Assembly: GCF_963921235.1 (NCBI RefSeq)
Contig: NC_086097.1
Span: 119,290,001-119,354,000, forward strand
Direction of reading: 5' to 3'
Source of the DNA: Mobula hypostoma
Lineage: Eukaryota
Length of the DNA stretch: 64,000 bases
Positions 23,840 to 36,177 of this stretch are shown piece by piece. Numbering within the stretch: the first letter of the stretch is position 1; every line of letters starts with the position of its first letter. Made by a program: the position numbers and the translations under genes. The notes beneath the pieces were generated by a model that saw nothing but the letters and a program-made list of their open reading frames with translations, made no database searches and was not told where the DNA came from.

Positions 23840-26800
23840 TGATAGAAATTATAACTAATAGCCAATACCCTGCAAACTTCAATTTACCTCTTGGAATGTA
23901 AGAGGATTAAATAAACTTGTCAAGTTAAAGCAAGTCATGAGTAGGAGAAGACAGTTAAAAGCTAAAACAGTTTTTCTGCAGCAGACCCTGAGGATATAGT
24001 TAGAATAAGGAGGAGATGGCCAGGACAGGTTTTTTCAGCTTCTTTCAGCTCACACTTAAGGGAGGGGGTAATTTCCCTTATACATAGCTTGGTGACTTTC
24101 CATCTTGTTAATGTTACTGAAGACCAATCTGGCAGATACCTTAATATTGAGTGCAAAATTTTCTCAATCAGGTTTAATTTGGTCAATGTGTATGGGACAA
24201 ATGAAGACAATCCAGCTTTTTTCAGACATCTGTTTTTATCATTAGCTGCTCTGCCAGGCCATCTTATTGTAGGTGGTGATTTTAATTGTGCATTTCAACC
24301 TGAACTAGACAGATCTAATGGGACAGATACCTCTCACCATCAGACAAGAGAAGAGTTATTGCAATGCGCTAAAGGTTTTAATTTAGTTGATGTGTGGAGA
24401 AGGAAGTACCTGGATAAACTAACTTTTTCCTACTATCCTAGCATTTGCCAGACCTTTTCCAGAATCGATTATTACTTAGTTTCAGCTGCTTTAATATCCA
24501 CAATTATAAGCTGCTGATACGATAGCATAATAATTTCAGATCACGTCCCAGTTTCGTTTATTTTGAACCTGCCTAACACTTTACATTACTCCCCAAGGTG
24601 GCGGCTTCAAACGATTTGTCTTAGGGATCCAGTATTTATAGAGTCTTTTGGAGAACAGATAGACAACTACTTTGGAAATAATACGGCCTAGACATCTGCC
24701 GCTATAAGGTGGGAAGCCTAAGAGGTCAGATGATTAGCTTTACCAGCTTTAAACATAAATCTTTTAAATTGGAAATAGAACAGCTCGAAAAAAGAATAAA
24801 AGAGACTGAATCCGAAATATTCCAAAATCCCTCTGAGCAGCTATTTGCAGAAATTAACCAACTGGGAGCTAAATATAATGTATTGTCCATTAATAAGGCA
24901 ACAAAAAGTTTGATGAGACTGATACAATCCTATTTTGAGCAGGGTGAAAAGGCTAACAAACTCTTGGCCTGGCAAACAGATACAAACAGAAAGGGCAATG
25001 ATCTCCACACAATCAGATGAGGGGGTGACAACTGCTGACCCAAAAGAAATAAACAATATCTCTTTGAGATTTTACTGAAATCTGTATAACTCAAGAATAT
25101 TCAGATTCAGCTCCACAAAGACAAAAGGAATTTCTCGACTTGTTAGAATTTACACCCCTGGATGAAATGTCCTTGACATCACTGGAGTTTAACTTAGAGG
25201 CTAAAGAATTGTTTGAAGCTATAACTAACATGAAGGGAGGGAAAACTCCTGGGCCTAATAGAATTCCGAATGAAATATATAAAATCTTTAAGACTAAATT
25301 AATACCACCTCTGCTTGATATGTATCAAGAGTCATTTGACACTGGATCCCTTCCCCCCTTCTCTTAATATGACAGTAATTACACTACTGTTAAAACCTGG
25401 AAAACCATCGTCCCTGTGTGGATCTTACAGGCCAATCTCACTTCTGAACAATGATCTCAAAATTCTCTGTACGGTATTAGCTAGGAGGCTGGAGCCACGC
25501 TTGCCAAACATGGTCCACCCTGACCAAAACGGGTTTGTTAAGGGAAGGCAGGACTTCCACAACATTCGAAGAGTGCTTAATGTACCTTATGAAAAATCTG
25601 GGAAATCTGATAGCGCTATTCTGTCATTGGATGCCGAGAAAGCCTTTGACAGAGTGGAGTGGCAATATCTATTTAAAGTTTTAGAAAGACTTGGTATAGG
25701 GGGAAAATTTCTAAGGTGGATACAGCTTCTTTATTCTAACCCACAGGCTGAAATTTTAACTAATGGGCTCTTTTTGGCACCATTTAAACTGCAACGGGGA
25801 ACAAGATAGAGCTGTCCCCTATCTCCCCTCCTGTTTATCCTGGCAATTCGAAAACAGGCTAACATACCAGGAATAACTATCGGAGATATAGAACATCACA
25901 TAGCCCTGTACGCAGATGACGTAATTTTGTTTTGCTCCGACTTGAATCAAACATTACCTGCCTTAACTGACCTGATAAGTGCTTTTGGTACTTTTGCAGG
26001 CTATAGAATAAACAACAACAAATCTGCAATATTATTCATGGATAAAGATGAGAGACTCAATCCTCCACTTCAAACTCTGTTTATGGTGTCAGAACAGGGT
26101 TTTGCTTATTTGGGTGTTAAAATTACTTCTACTATTAATAAAACTATCCTAACTAAAATTATTGATAAAATTATCCCAACCCTCTCACAGACTCAGTTAT
26201 TCAACTTATAAGCAGATGGACGAAATTGTCCATATCTTTGATTGGACACATAAACATTCTAAAAAATGTCAATTTTACCTAAGTTCCTGTATCTTTTCCA
26301 ATCTATCCCACTTTCTCCTCCATCATCTTTCTTTTATTTATTAAAGAATTTTTTTTCTAATTTTATCTGGAATAATAGCCGTCCAAGACTCAGGCTTTCC
26401 CTGTTTTATCTGCCATATGATAGAGGCGGCTTACAGCTACCAAATCTTATATGGTATTTCTGGGCAGCCCAAATTTGAGCAGGAGTGTTTTACTTTGTTA
26501 AGGATCACTCCCCTACTTGGGTCTCAATGGAATCCCAGTCGATCAATATCCCTCTATAACTATATATGTACTCGGCAGATAAGGAAAAACTGGTCAAACA
26601 AACTAAAAATCCTTTCTTAAAAAATACAATAATGGTTTGGCATGATGCTCTTGCGTATTTGGGAGAGACATCACAGTTATCCCAGTTTACTCCTTTCTTT
26701 GGTAATGATAGCTTTGGCACAGCAGACCCTGATTTTAAAACTTAGTTGACCCGAGGCATAGCTAAAGTGTCTGAACTTTATAGTGGCAATACATTTATGT

Positions 26801-27612
26801 CATTTGAAGAACTCAAGCCCACATATGGAATTCCATCAAAATACTTATTTAAACACCTTCTGTTGTAAAGTTTTATTATGTCCAGGAAAGGTTACAGTTT
26901 GAAGCTCTCTCCTTTATCTACCCTAGAAGACATCACTCTGAAATTATCTGAAGCTAGGGGACATGTGTCTGTATTATACAATTAGCATGCAAGTAAATGC
27001 AAAGAGTCATCAAACAACATACTACAAGCATGGATAAATCATTTGCAAAAGAATCTGTCAGAAAAAAGAGTGGTCAGAAGTTTGTTCCTTAGTTCAAACT
27101 CAATCAGTGAACACTCATTCTAAATTACTACAATACAAATGGATATCCAGACAGTACATTACTCCAGTCAGGTTGCATCTCTTTAACCCCAACATTCCAG
27201 ACACATGCATTAAATGTAATCATCAAAAGGGACTCTGTTCCATTGTATGTGGGAGTGCCCCCAGATAGTCTGCTTCTGGAAGAAGGTGCTAGATTTGATT
27301 AGTCAGATTATTGGAAAAAAGTTGCCCCTTGATCTTAAATTATGTATTCTGAATATTTATCCAAAGGACTTTGTAACCTCCAAAAATGTAAGGTCTGTGC
27401 TTAATACTTGTTTTTTGGAAGCCAAACGCTGCATAGCCTATTCATGGAAGAAACTCTCACAATGGCTGAAAGGATTGACTTCCTATCTTGCTCTAGAAAA
27501 GATAAGCTACATCACAAAAAACAAACTTGGCAAATTTTGGGAAATTTGTGACATTTTCTATAAGTTTCTGGAGAACAATATTCAGGATGATGAAAGTAAC
27601 GAACTGAACTGA
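23840..27612 (+). pseudogene. L1 ORF2 (APE endonuclease, RT, Cys-rich C-terminus) with many stops and frameshifts
   Basis: SWNVRGL, LVNVYG, VGGDFN, FSRIDY, SYRPISLLNNDLKIL, LDAEKAFDRVEW, YADD near 25908-25920, HCMWECP. Confidence 0.9.
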
Positions 27613-27787
27613 CTGCTTTTTTTAATGGCAGGGTGCTTGCTTTTTTATGTTTTTTTATTTCTTACGTGTTTTATTTTTTCCTTTTCCTTAACTTTGTTGT
27701 ATTTTCAAACTTATGGATGATCTAATGTGTTTTCTTTTCAGTTTGTAAAAGCAATAAAGAGACCATTTAAAAATAGTATGTATACAT

Positions 27788-28130
27788 ATACAATGCTGAC
27801 ATTTATTGTCTTGTAGGGACCCACAGGAAAACAAAGAAATATAATAGAATCCATGCGAAGCCACACATAACAAAGACAACAAACATTCTGTGTGCAAAAA
27901 AGGTGAAATCGAGCAAAAGATTTATAAGTGTAAACAAATAATATGTAGAATATGAACTGCAGAGTCTCCAAATGTGAGTCTACAGATGGTGCAGTCAGTT
28001 TTGTGCTGAAGTGAGTGAAGCCAGTCCAAGAACCCAATGGTTGCAGGGCAACAACTATTCCTGAACCTGGTGGCAGGGACTCAAGTCTTCTACACCTCTC
28101 ACCTGATGGTAGTAGTGAGAAAAGATGGAG
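27788..28130 (-). mobile_element. Rex1-type 3' fragment that hosts the L1 (tail piece at about 22310-22345)
   Basis: LFSLLPSGER motif; same 3' UTR as 16970-17515. Confidence 0.6.
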
Positions 28131-29424
28131 ACAGGTCAAACACAGCAGAAGGGGTGGGCTCAGGTAAGGGATATTGACAGGCATAGAGTAATCGGTATTA
28201 ACTCCAGTTCATTTTCAACTCTCAGGCTTTGACACTTTAATTTGGCTTGAAGTCCACTCTGTCCATCTCTTGTGCCTTTCCTTCTGGTGACGGCCAACCT
28301 TTGACCACCTGAAGGTCTATACCTGCATTTTTGAGAGTCAAATTCTATGAGTCCTTCAGGAGATCGTAAGATCGCTAGTTCTTTCAGGCAATCATAGGCG
28401 ATTCAATATAATTTCAATAGTTGCAATTACATCATATACTTCAATATTTTTGGTTGACAGTGTTTCCTTTGAATTACATATCAAAAGTGAGAGACACATC
28501 TGAATTTTTAAATGCTTTTGCTGGGACAAAGTAATTCACACGGATTACCTAATAGCTTTTGGGAAAAGAGATCTCAGACACTGAAAATTAACATAATCGA
28601 TGCTAACTATCCTAGCTATTGATTGATCAACTTTATTTGTGACCATTGTCGATGTGCTAAGTGACAATATCGGTCAGGTTTGCGGCAAAATAACATAGCT
28701 GGTGTTACTTGATTTGATGCAGGCCAGTTAACACAACCCCATTGTCTTACTGTATGTTTTGCTAATGCAGATGAAAATGTCTCATGGTCCTTTCACTTTG
28801 CAAACCATCACCTAGCATCCAACCCCTGCTGTATGCCAGTAGCCTACACTTTGTAGACAAAGCTATTAGGTTGCAAGGCTGTTCTTTTAACTTCAGTTTG
28901 ATGATTGCTTGCAATTTACATTAAGAACTGAAATTTAGTTCTTGTTTGAATTAATATCTGCCATATTCACATAATTTCATAACTCCAGAACAATCCATAA
29001 CAGAGTATTTAGCTGCAGTGCAGAGTTCTTAACAGTACAGCATATAAAGAGTCATACCTGTCCTTACAGCTAAACCAATGTCCTTGGCATAATGGGCCCT
29101 TTCAACAGCACTGTTATTCAGCAGTCTTTACAAGCTTCCCTGGTCTTTTTAAAGGTCTCTAGCACCTCCTTCCTATCACTCTGGCATCCACTTATTCCTT
29201 ATTAACAAACCCATTAAATGGAACTGTGATGGTTATGCTGTGGTGTGACCTATTGAGCTCAGAGCTATGAATACTTTAATGTATTCTTGACTGTTTACCT
29301 GTGCTAAACTCTTCGTATGCATTTTGAATGATATCTTATTAACTTATTTGTGATAATACTTTGTTATATGTGCTGGGTGTGATATATGTATTGTGGGTGC
29401 ACCATGGTCAGGAGGAACATTACA

Positions 29425-30170
29425 AACAAGAGGAAATCTGCAAATGCTGGAAATCCAAGCAACACACATGAAATACTGGAGGAACTCAGCAGGCCAGACG
29501 GTATTGATTGAAAAGAATACAATTGACATTTTGGGCTGAGACCCTTCATCACGACTGGAGAAAAAAGGATGTAGAGTCAGAATCAGATGGTGGGGGGAAG
29601 GGGAGGAAGAAACATAAGGTGATAGATAAAACCTGGGGGGTGGGGAGGAGGAGTGAAGTAAAGAACTTGAAATTTGATTGGTGAAAGAGATACAGGGCTG
29701 GAGAAGGGAGAATCAGATAGCAGAGGACAGAAGGCCATGGAAGAAAGAAAAGGAGGTAGAACACCAGAGGGAGGTGATGGGCAGTTAAGGAGATAAGGTG
29801 AAAGAGGGAAATGGGAATAAGGAATGGTGAAAAGGTGGGGGCTTAACAGAAGTTCAAGAAGTTAATGTTTATGCTATTGGGTTGGAGTCTACCCAGACAG
29901 AATATAAGTTGTCGTTCCTCCAACCTAAGTGTGGCCTCATCGCAACAGTAGAGGAGTCCATGGACTGACATGGTGGAATGGGAAGTGGAATTAAAAATGG
30001 GTGGCCACTGGGAGATCCCGCTTTTTCTGGCAGATGGAGGGTAGGTGCTTGGTGAAGTGGTCTCCCAATCTACGTTGATTTTCACCAATATACAGAAGGA
30101 AGAAAATGGAGAACACCAGATGCAGTATATGACACCAACAGATTCACAAGTGAAATGTCGCCTCACCTAG
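29425..30170 (-). mobile_element. Neptune-type PLE 3' fragment (GIY-YIG end, pLTR with decayed hammerhead at about 29521-29556)
   Basis: RRHFTCESVGVIYCIWCS..EATLRLEERQLIFCLGRLQP, homologous to 3650-3974. Confidence 0.88.
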
Positions 30171-30715
30171 ACGGATATTATTTTATTTGGATGTATGTAT
30201 GCACAGTCAGATAATGACAAGCTTGAACTTGAACTTGAACTTGAAACTAGCATGGAAAATGTGACCCTGAACTTTGCTGCTCCTGAAACAAGATACGGTT
30301 AAATTGTGGCGCCTGTTTTTTTCATCTTCAGGATTGGTGCAAATGATTTTCGTTAATTTCCTGTTTGCCGATGCCATATTAATTGCGGAATGATGGCCCA
30401 AAGGAATTTCTCAACCAACATCCACTTTTATTTCAGAATCCTTTCTATACTCCAGCATTAGCTGTTTCAAAAGGTACAGGGAAGGAAGTAAAATAAAAAG
30501 TGGGGGAGTGACATTACTAATCAAGGAGTTTATCACAGCTGCAGAAAGAGGAATTGGACAGGGTATGCCCCAGATTATTACAGGAAGACAGGGAAGAGAT
30601 TACTGCATCTTCGATGATGAACACTGGTCACCTGAGTTGTTCCAGAAGATTAGAGGGTGGCAAATGTTTGTTCAAGAAATTTGTTAGGGACAATCCTAGG
30701 AATTATAGAGCAGGG

Positions 30716-32611
30716 TGTCATGGTCCGGATCGGGGTCCCTTTAAATTTACCTTGTTTATGTTACGATCCGGACCGTTGATTCCCTGTTTTCCCGTGTCCC
30801 TCGGCTTTGGTGATTAGAGGCAATTAACGCTCGGCTGAACCAGTAGTTTATAGTCTCTGGTCTTCAGCTGTTCGGCGCAGGAGCGTTTGCAAAGTCACCA
30901 AGGTATGGCGTGCCAATGTCATCCGGCTGGAGCAAGCCTAGTCTCTGCCGAAGCAAGTGCCGGTAATTCACCCTTCCTCACTGGAGCAACCCTGTCCAGT
31001 TACCTCACCGAAGCGAGCCTGCAAAGTTTCTTCATCATGGTGGGTCCATCAGTTAACCCCGCCGGAGAGAATCAGGAGCCGCTGTCTACTGTTCCTGGGT
31101 CGAGTCGCGAGCTCGGCACTACCCGGAGGTTCCAAGCACCACGTCCTGGCTCTGGCAACATCCAAGTACCACGTCCAAGTCCTGGCTCCGGCGGTATCCA
31201 AGTACCACGTCCAAGTCCAAGTCCTGGCTCCGGCGGCATCCGAGTACCACATCAAGTCCTCACCCTGACAGCATCTGAGTACCACGTCAACTGCTGGTCC
31301 TGGTAGCATCCGAGTACCAAGTCAAGTCCTGGTCCTGGCGGCATCCAAGTACCAAGTCAAGTCCTTTCCCTGACGGCATCCGAGTACCAAGTCAAGTCAT
31401 GTCCCTGGCGGTACCCGAGTACCAAGTCAGGTCCTGGCTCTGGCGGCACCCGAGTACCAAGTCAAGTCCTATCCCTGGCAGCATCCGAGTACCAAGTCAA
31501 GTCCTTTCCCTGGCGGCACCCGAGTACCAAGTCAGGTCCTGTCCCTGGCGGCACCCGAGTACCAAGTCAAGTCCTGGCCCTGGCGGCACCCGAGTACCAA
31601 GTCCTGGCCCTGGCGGCATCTGAGTACCAAGTCAAGTCCTGGCCCTGGCGGCACCCGAGTACCAAGTCAAGTCCTGGCCCTGGCGGCACCCGAGTACCAA
31701 GTCAGGTCCTGGCCCTGGCGGCACCCAAGTACCAAGTCAAATCCTGGCCCTGGCGGCACCTGAGTACCAAGTCCTGGCCCTGGCGGCATCCGAGTACCAA
31801 GTCAAGTCCTGGCCCTGGCGGCATTCGAATACCAAGTCAAGTCCTGGTCCTGGCGGCATCCGAGTACCTAGTCAAGTCCTGGCCCTGGCGGTCTGTGATT
31901 CCTGTCCTACCCCCCCTGTCTGAATCCATTCTCTGCCCCTCTCACCTCTAGCCCTCGTCTGTAGCCCTCGTCTGCACCTCGGTCTAGTTCTGTCACTGGA
32001 GCTAGATAGGAACTGTGTTGTTCTTTGGTGTTTGTCTTGTTTTGGCCTTGCCTCCGTGGGGTAAGTCAGGCCATCTTGCCATTGCCCCGCGGAGGTTCAT
32101 GAGTCCTGGCCCTATGTCTTGTACCCAAGGAGGGGTCCCAGCTCTCTGTTCTGTGTGTGAGTCCCGGCCCTATGTTCTGTACCCAAGGAGGGGTCCCGAC
32201 TCTGTGTTCTGTGTATGTGTCCATGGTTCCATGTACCTGCTCTCCCGAGACCGAGGCTCTGTTTTCCATGTTCCTCCTCTCCCTAGCCCATGTCATGCCC
32301 ATGCCTGGTCTGGGGTCCAAGCCAGAGGCAAGACCCAGGTACTGGGACCTTGCCCAGTCTCTGGCTTGGAGTCCATACCCTAGCCTCTTCATGTCTCCTC
32401 TAGTTCTGGAATCCAATTCCGAGTCCCAGCCAAGACCCCTAGTCCCAGCCTAGTCGTAGTCCTGAGTCCTTGACCAGTTTGCTACTCCTGCTCCTGCCTT
32501 GCTCTCCTGGTATCGAACAATAAACTAAATCTAAGTAACCTCACAAGATGTGTCTTGCATTTGGGTCCACCCTTGCTCCCAATGCCCCCCACCCCCCCCC
32601 CCAGTGTGACA
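30716..32611 (+). mobile_element. Gypsy Tf1/sushi-type solo LTR, 1896 bp (same family as 61364-62715 and 62900-64000)
   Basis: TGTCA...TGACA; 5-bp TSD CAGGG/CAGGC (one mismatch); TTTATA at 30847; AATAAA at 32519-32524. Confidence 0.9.
31141..31893 (+). repeat. Minisatellite inside the LTR: about 22 units of 35 bp (30-42 bp variants)
   Basis: Unit AAGTCAAGTCCTGGCCCTGGCGGCACCCGAGTACC, counted by eye; head-to-tail with no spacers. Confidence 0.95.
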
Positions 32612-34830
32612 CAGGCAGCCTTGCATCAGTGGTGGGAAAACTGTTAGGGGATTCTTGGAGACAGAAATTAAGAGTGTTTGGGGAAGCATAGTCGGATTAG
32701 GGATAGTCAGAACGGTTTTGTGAGGGACAGGTCGGGCCTTAGAACCATGACTGAATTCTTCAAGAAGTGACTTGAAGAAACAACTTGATGAAGATAGATC
32801 AATGGATGTGCTGTATATGGATTTTAATAAAGCATTCAACACGTTTTCCCTTGGCAGGATCATTCAGATAGCAAGAAGCCTGGGGTCCAGGGAAACTTGG
32901 TGAGATGGATTCAGGATTTCTTGCCCACAGGAGGCAGAATGTGGTAGTAGATGGAGTGTATTCTTCCTGGAGGTCCGTGACTAATGTTCCACAGGGATCT
33001 GCTCTGGACCCCTGCTTTTTGTGTTTTATTTTATGACTTAGATGATGGGTTAGTGAGTTTGCAGCTGTGGTGTTGTGGATAGCGTAGAAGTTGGTCCAGG
33101 GTTACAAGGGACATTGATAGGGTGAAGAGCTGGGTTGAGAAGTGGCAGATGGAGTTCAATCCGGAAAAGTGTGAAGTGGCACGGTTCGGAAGGTCAAACT
33201 TGAAAGCAAGTTTCTTACAGTGTTGAGTAACAGAGGGATCTTGGGGGGTCATACCCTCAAAGTTACAGCACAAGTCAATAGGGTGGTTTATCTTAATTAG
33301 TTAGGAGATTGAGTTCAAGAGCCATCAGGTAATGTTACAGCTCTATTAATCTCTGGTTAGACCACACTTGGAATATTATGTTCCTTTCTAGTCACCTCCT
33401 TACAGGAAGAATGTGAAACCTTTAGAGAGGATGTAGAGAAGATTTGTCAGGATGCTTCATCGATTAGGGAGATCAAGACTTACAAGGAAAGGTTGACCAA
33501 GCTAGGGAAGGAGAGAAGTGACTTAATAGAGGCATATAAGTGGAGAGCCAATGACTTATTGCCAACGTGGAAATGGCTAATACAAGAGGGCATCATTTTA
33601 AAGTGATTGGAGGAAAGTGTAGGAGGAGGGGGTTACCAGAGGTAGGTTTTTTACTCAGGAATAGTAAGCGTGTGGAACACTCTGCCAAGAGCAGTGGTTG
33701 AGGCAGATACATCAGGGACATTTTAGAGACTCGTAGATAGGCAGATGTATGAAGGGAAAACAGAGGGCTATGTGGGAAGAAAGGATAATATTGATCTTGG
33801 AAGGGATTAAGTGATTGGCACAACATCATGAGCAGAAGGCCCTGTACTGTGTTCTACCCTTTATTGTTCTATGTTTAATGTTCTGCCACCGCCATGTGCT
33901 TCCTTCCCATTAGGCAGCGACTAATCTGTATCAATGCATTATACCAGATGTACTTCCTATGTGGGCACTTGTGTGATTGGCACAATGTAATCGATTTGAA
34001 GTATTCATTATTCTCCACATGTTTTGTGGGTTCAATGCCTTCATTTTGAAATGATGTTGAGGTGATTATTCACCAGAACACTACAATGAGAACCTTGTGC
34101 AGGACATGCAGTTCTGATTTTGTCCCAGCATTCCATTTATCTTCAAGAGAAGTCTTAGCGGGGCATCAATACGTTCTTTGTGTCTGTGCTTTCAGTTTCC
34201 TGAAAAATAGTGTGCAGTGATGAAAAATAAGTTACCTGGCCTGAAAGAATCCTTAAGGAAAGAATGCTGTTGCATAATTCACAAATGTGAGAGCAATTAT
34301 AGGGGCACATTGCCTGTTACTGGATCCCTAGTTAAAATGCACTGCAGTCATTGTTTTGACAATAACCCCAAGCTCAGCACTCTGTACACCCACTGTAAAG
34401 TTATTAACAAATGCCATTCAGACTGCCCTGATATGAACTAGTTACTCCCCATGGCCTGGAGTACAGCAGGCAAGATGACACTGCATCTGGATTTCCCTAA
34501 AATCAAATACCTCTTTGACACAGATTAAGCTGTAAGGAATCACCATTGCGCTGAGCATCAGCTGATTGCATTATTTTAGGCATTCACACAATGGAACAAA
34601 TTTGCTAGTGAATTTATTACCGCTTAATTGCTCCCCAGGGAGGTAAGAGTCAGGAAGGATTCCTGCTGTCTCTTGCATAGTGATTAAAAGTGGAAAAAGT
34701 GGGATGGCTGATGTAAAGGTCACTATATAATCATCAATATTGAAATAAAGAGCATTATAGCAAGCTTTTTCAGCTTTCCTAGATTACTGCAGCTCTTTAG
34801 TGATCTTGAAACAGTGGATACAATTATGTA

Positions 34831-35699
34831 CGCAATAGCCACTTTATTAGGTATACCCTCTTGTTAATGCAAATATCTAATCAGCCAGTCATACAGCAGC
34901 ACCTCGATGCATGAAAGCATACAGACATGGTCAAGAGGTTCGGTTGTTAATTCAGAACAAACACCAGAATGGGAAGAGATGTGATCTAAGTGACTTTGAC
35001 TGTAGAATGGTTATTGATGCCAGATGGGATGGTTTGAGTGTCTCAGAAATTGCTGATCTCCTGGCATTTTCATGCACAATAGCCTGTTGTTTAGAGAATT
35101 GTGTGAAAAACAAACAAAAATAATCCAGTGAGTGGCAGTTCTGTGGGCAAAAATGCCTTATTAATGAAAGAGGTCAGAGAAAAATGGCCAAACTGATTTA
35201 AGCTGATAACAGTGACTCAAATAAGCAGGCGTTACAACAGTGGTGGGTAGAAGATCGTCTCTGTACATACAACACACCAAACCTTGAAGAGAATGAGCCA
35301 AAGCAGTAGAAGACCATGGATGTATATTCAGTTGCAAACATGAGGAATTCTGCAGATGCTGGAAATTCAAATAACACACATAAAAGTTGCTGGTGAATGC
35401 AGCAGGCCAGGCAGCATCTCTAGGAAGAGGTACAGTCGACATTTTGGGCCAAGACCCTTCGTCAGGACTAACTGAAAGAAGAGCTAGTAAGAGATTTGAA
35501 AGAGAGATTTCAAATCTCTTAATAGCTCTTCTTTCAGTTAGTCCTGAGAAAGGGTCTCGGCCTGAAACGTCGACTGTACCTCTTCCTAGAGATGCTGCTT
35601 GGCCTGCTGTGTTCACCAGCAACTTTTATGTGTGTTGGATGTATATTCAGTGACCTCTTTATTAAGTACAGGAGGAACCTAATGAAGTAGCCACTACTG
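34831..35699 (+). mobile_element. Second copy of the three-TIR Tc1 derivative, carrying a PLE fold-back insertion
   Basis: GCCACTTTATTAGGTA left TIR; GKRCDLSDFDCRMVIDARWDGLSVSEIADLLAFS transposase N-terminus; paired TIRs at about 35643-35699; TA flanks. Confidence 0.82.
35333..35635. mobile_element. Fold-back PLE pLTR insertion (129-bp inverted arms, 6-nt loop)
   Basis: Arms 35373-35501 and 35508-35636, 10 mismatches and no indels by manual comparison; 16-bp TSD TGGATGTATATTCAGT at 35317-35332 and 35636-35651. Confidence 0.92.
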
Positions 35700-36177
35700 T
35701 ATATTCTGCTCTGTTTGTTTTCAGTCTCTCAGCTTTGATGACAATAAAAGTTCAGTACCTTGCTTCACTTTTTGAATAGCTGAGCAAGATATATTTACTG
35801 CTCATGTTATTGACAGTAGCTGATTATGTAACCATCCACAAAGGGGAAGGAATAATGTTAAATTACAGAGAAATGAAAAATCCAATCTACACACTCCCTC
35901 TGTGCAATGATCTCTTATTTATTTCTCAAAGATGGCAAAGCTAATGAGGAATGGAGGCAGAGCACAACAGTAAGTAGCATAGCCATGGCGACCACACATA
36001 TAATCCAATGGGATTTGCATCAGCATCATGAATTTTCAGAATCACTAAACTGCAGAGAGCAGGAAGTCAGATTGAAAACCACTGTTATGCTGTTTTAGAA
36101 AGCTGAGTTGAGCAGTTTCCAGAATCTGATTTGATTGTTTTGTTCAAGATTAAAACAAGTAAAACTACATCATCAGT

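Larger units (their letters stand above)
22346..27774 (+). mobile_element. Full-length decayed L1 LINE (about 5.4 kb)
   Basis: 5' GGACTTCCGG; ORF1, ORF2, T-rich 3' UTR, AATAAA at 27753; 13-bp TSD AGT(G/A)TGTATACAT at 22333-22345 and 27775-27787. Confidence 0.93.
30460..33880 (+). mobile_element. Old CR1 copy with internal deletions, interrupted by a solo LTR
   Basis: CR1 RT nucleotide motifs on both sides of 30716-32611; TGTTCTA-type tail near 33870. Confidence 0.8.

Noticed and set aside
31141..31893. CRISPR-like array of about 35-bp repeats
   Set aside because: Units are head-to-tail with no unique spacers, lie inside an LTR in vertebrate DNA, and no cas genes are present.
30887..32453. 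Pro/Ser/Gly-rich ORFs in the LTR (also 36135-37451 and 61366-63970)
   Set aside because: They are translations of GC-rich tandem repeats with 35-bp units that shift frame, and the frames are not conserved between LTR copies.
35161..35653. Near-identical ORFs on both strands
   Set aside because: A consequence of the inverted repeat of non-coding pLTR sequence.
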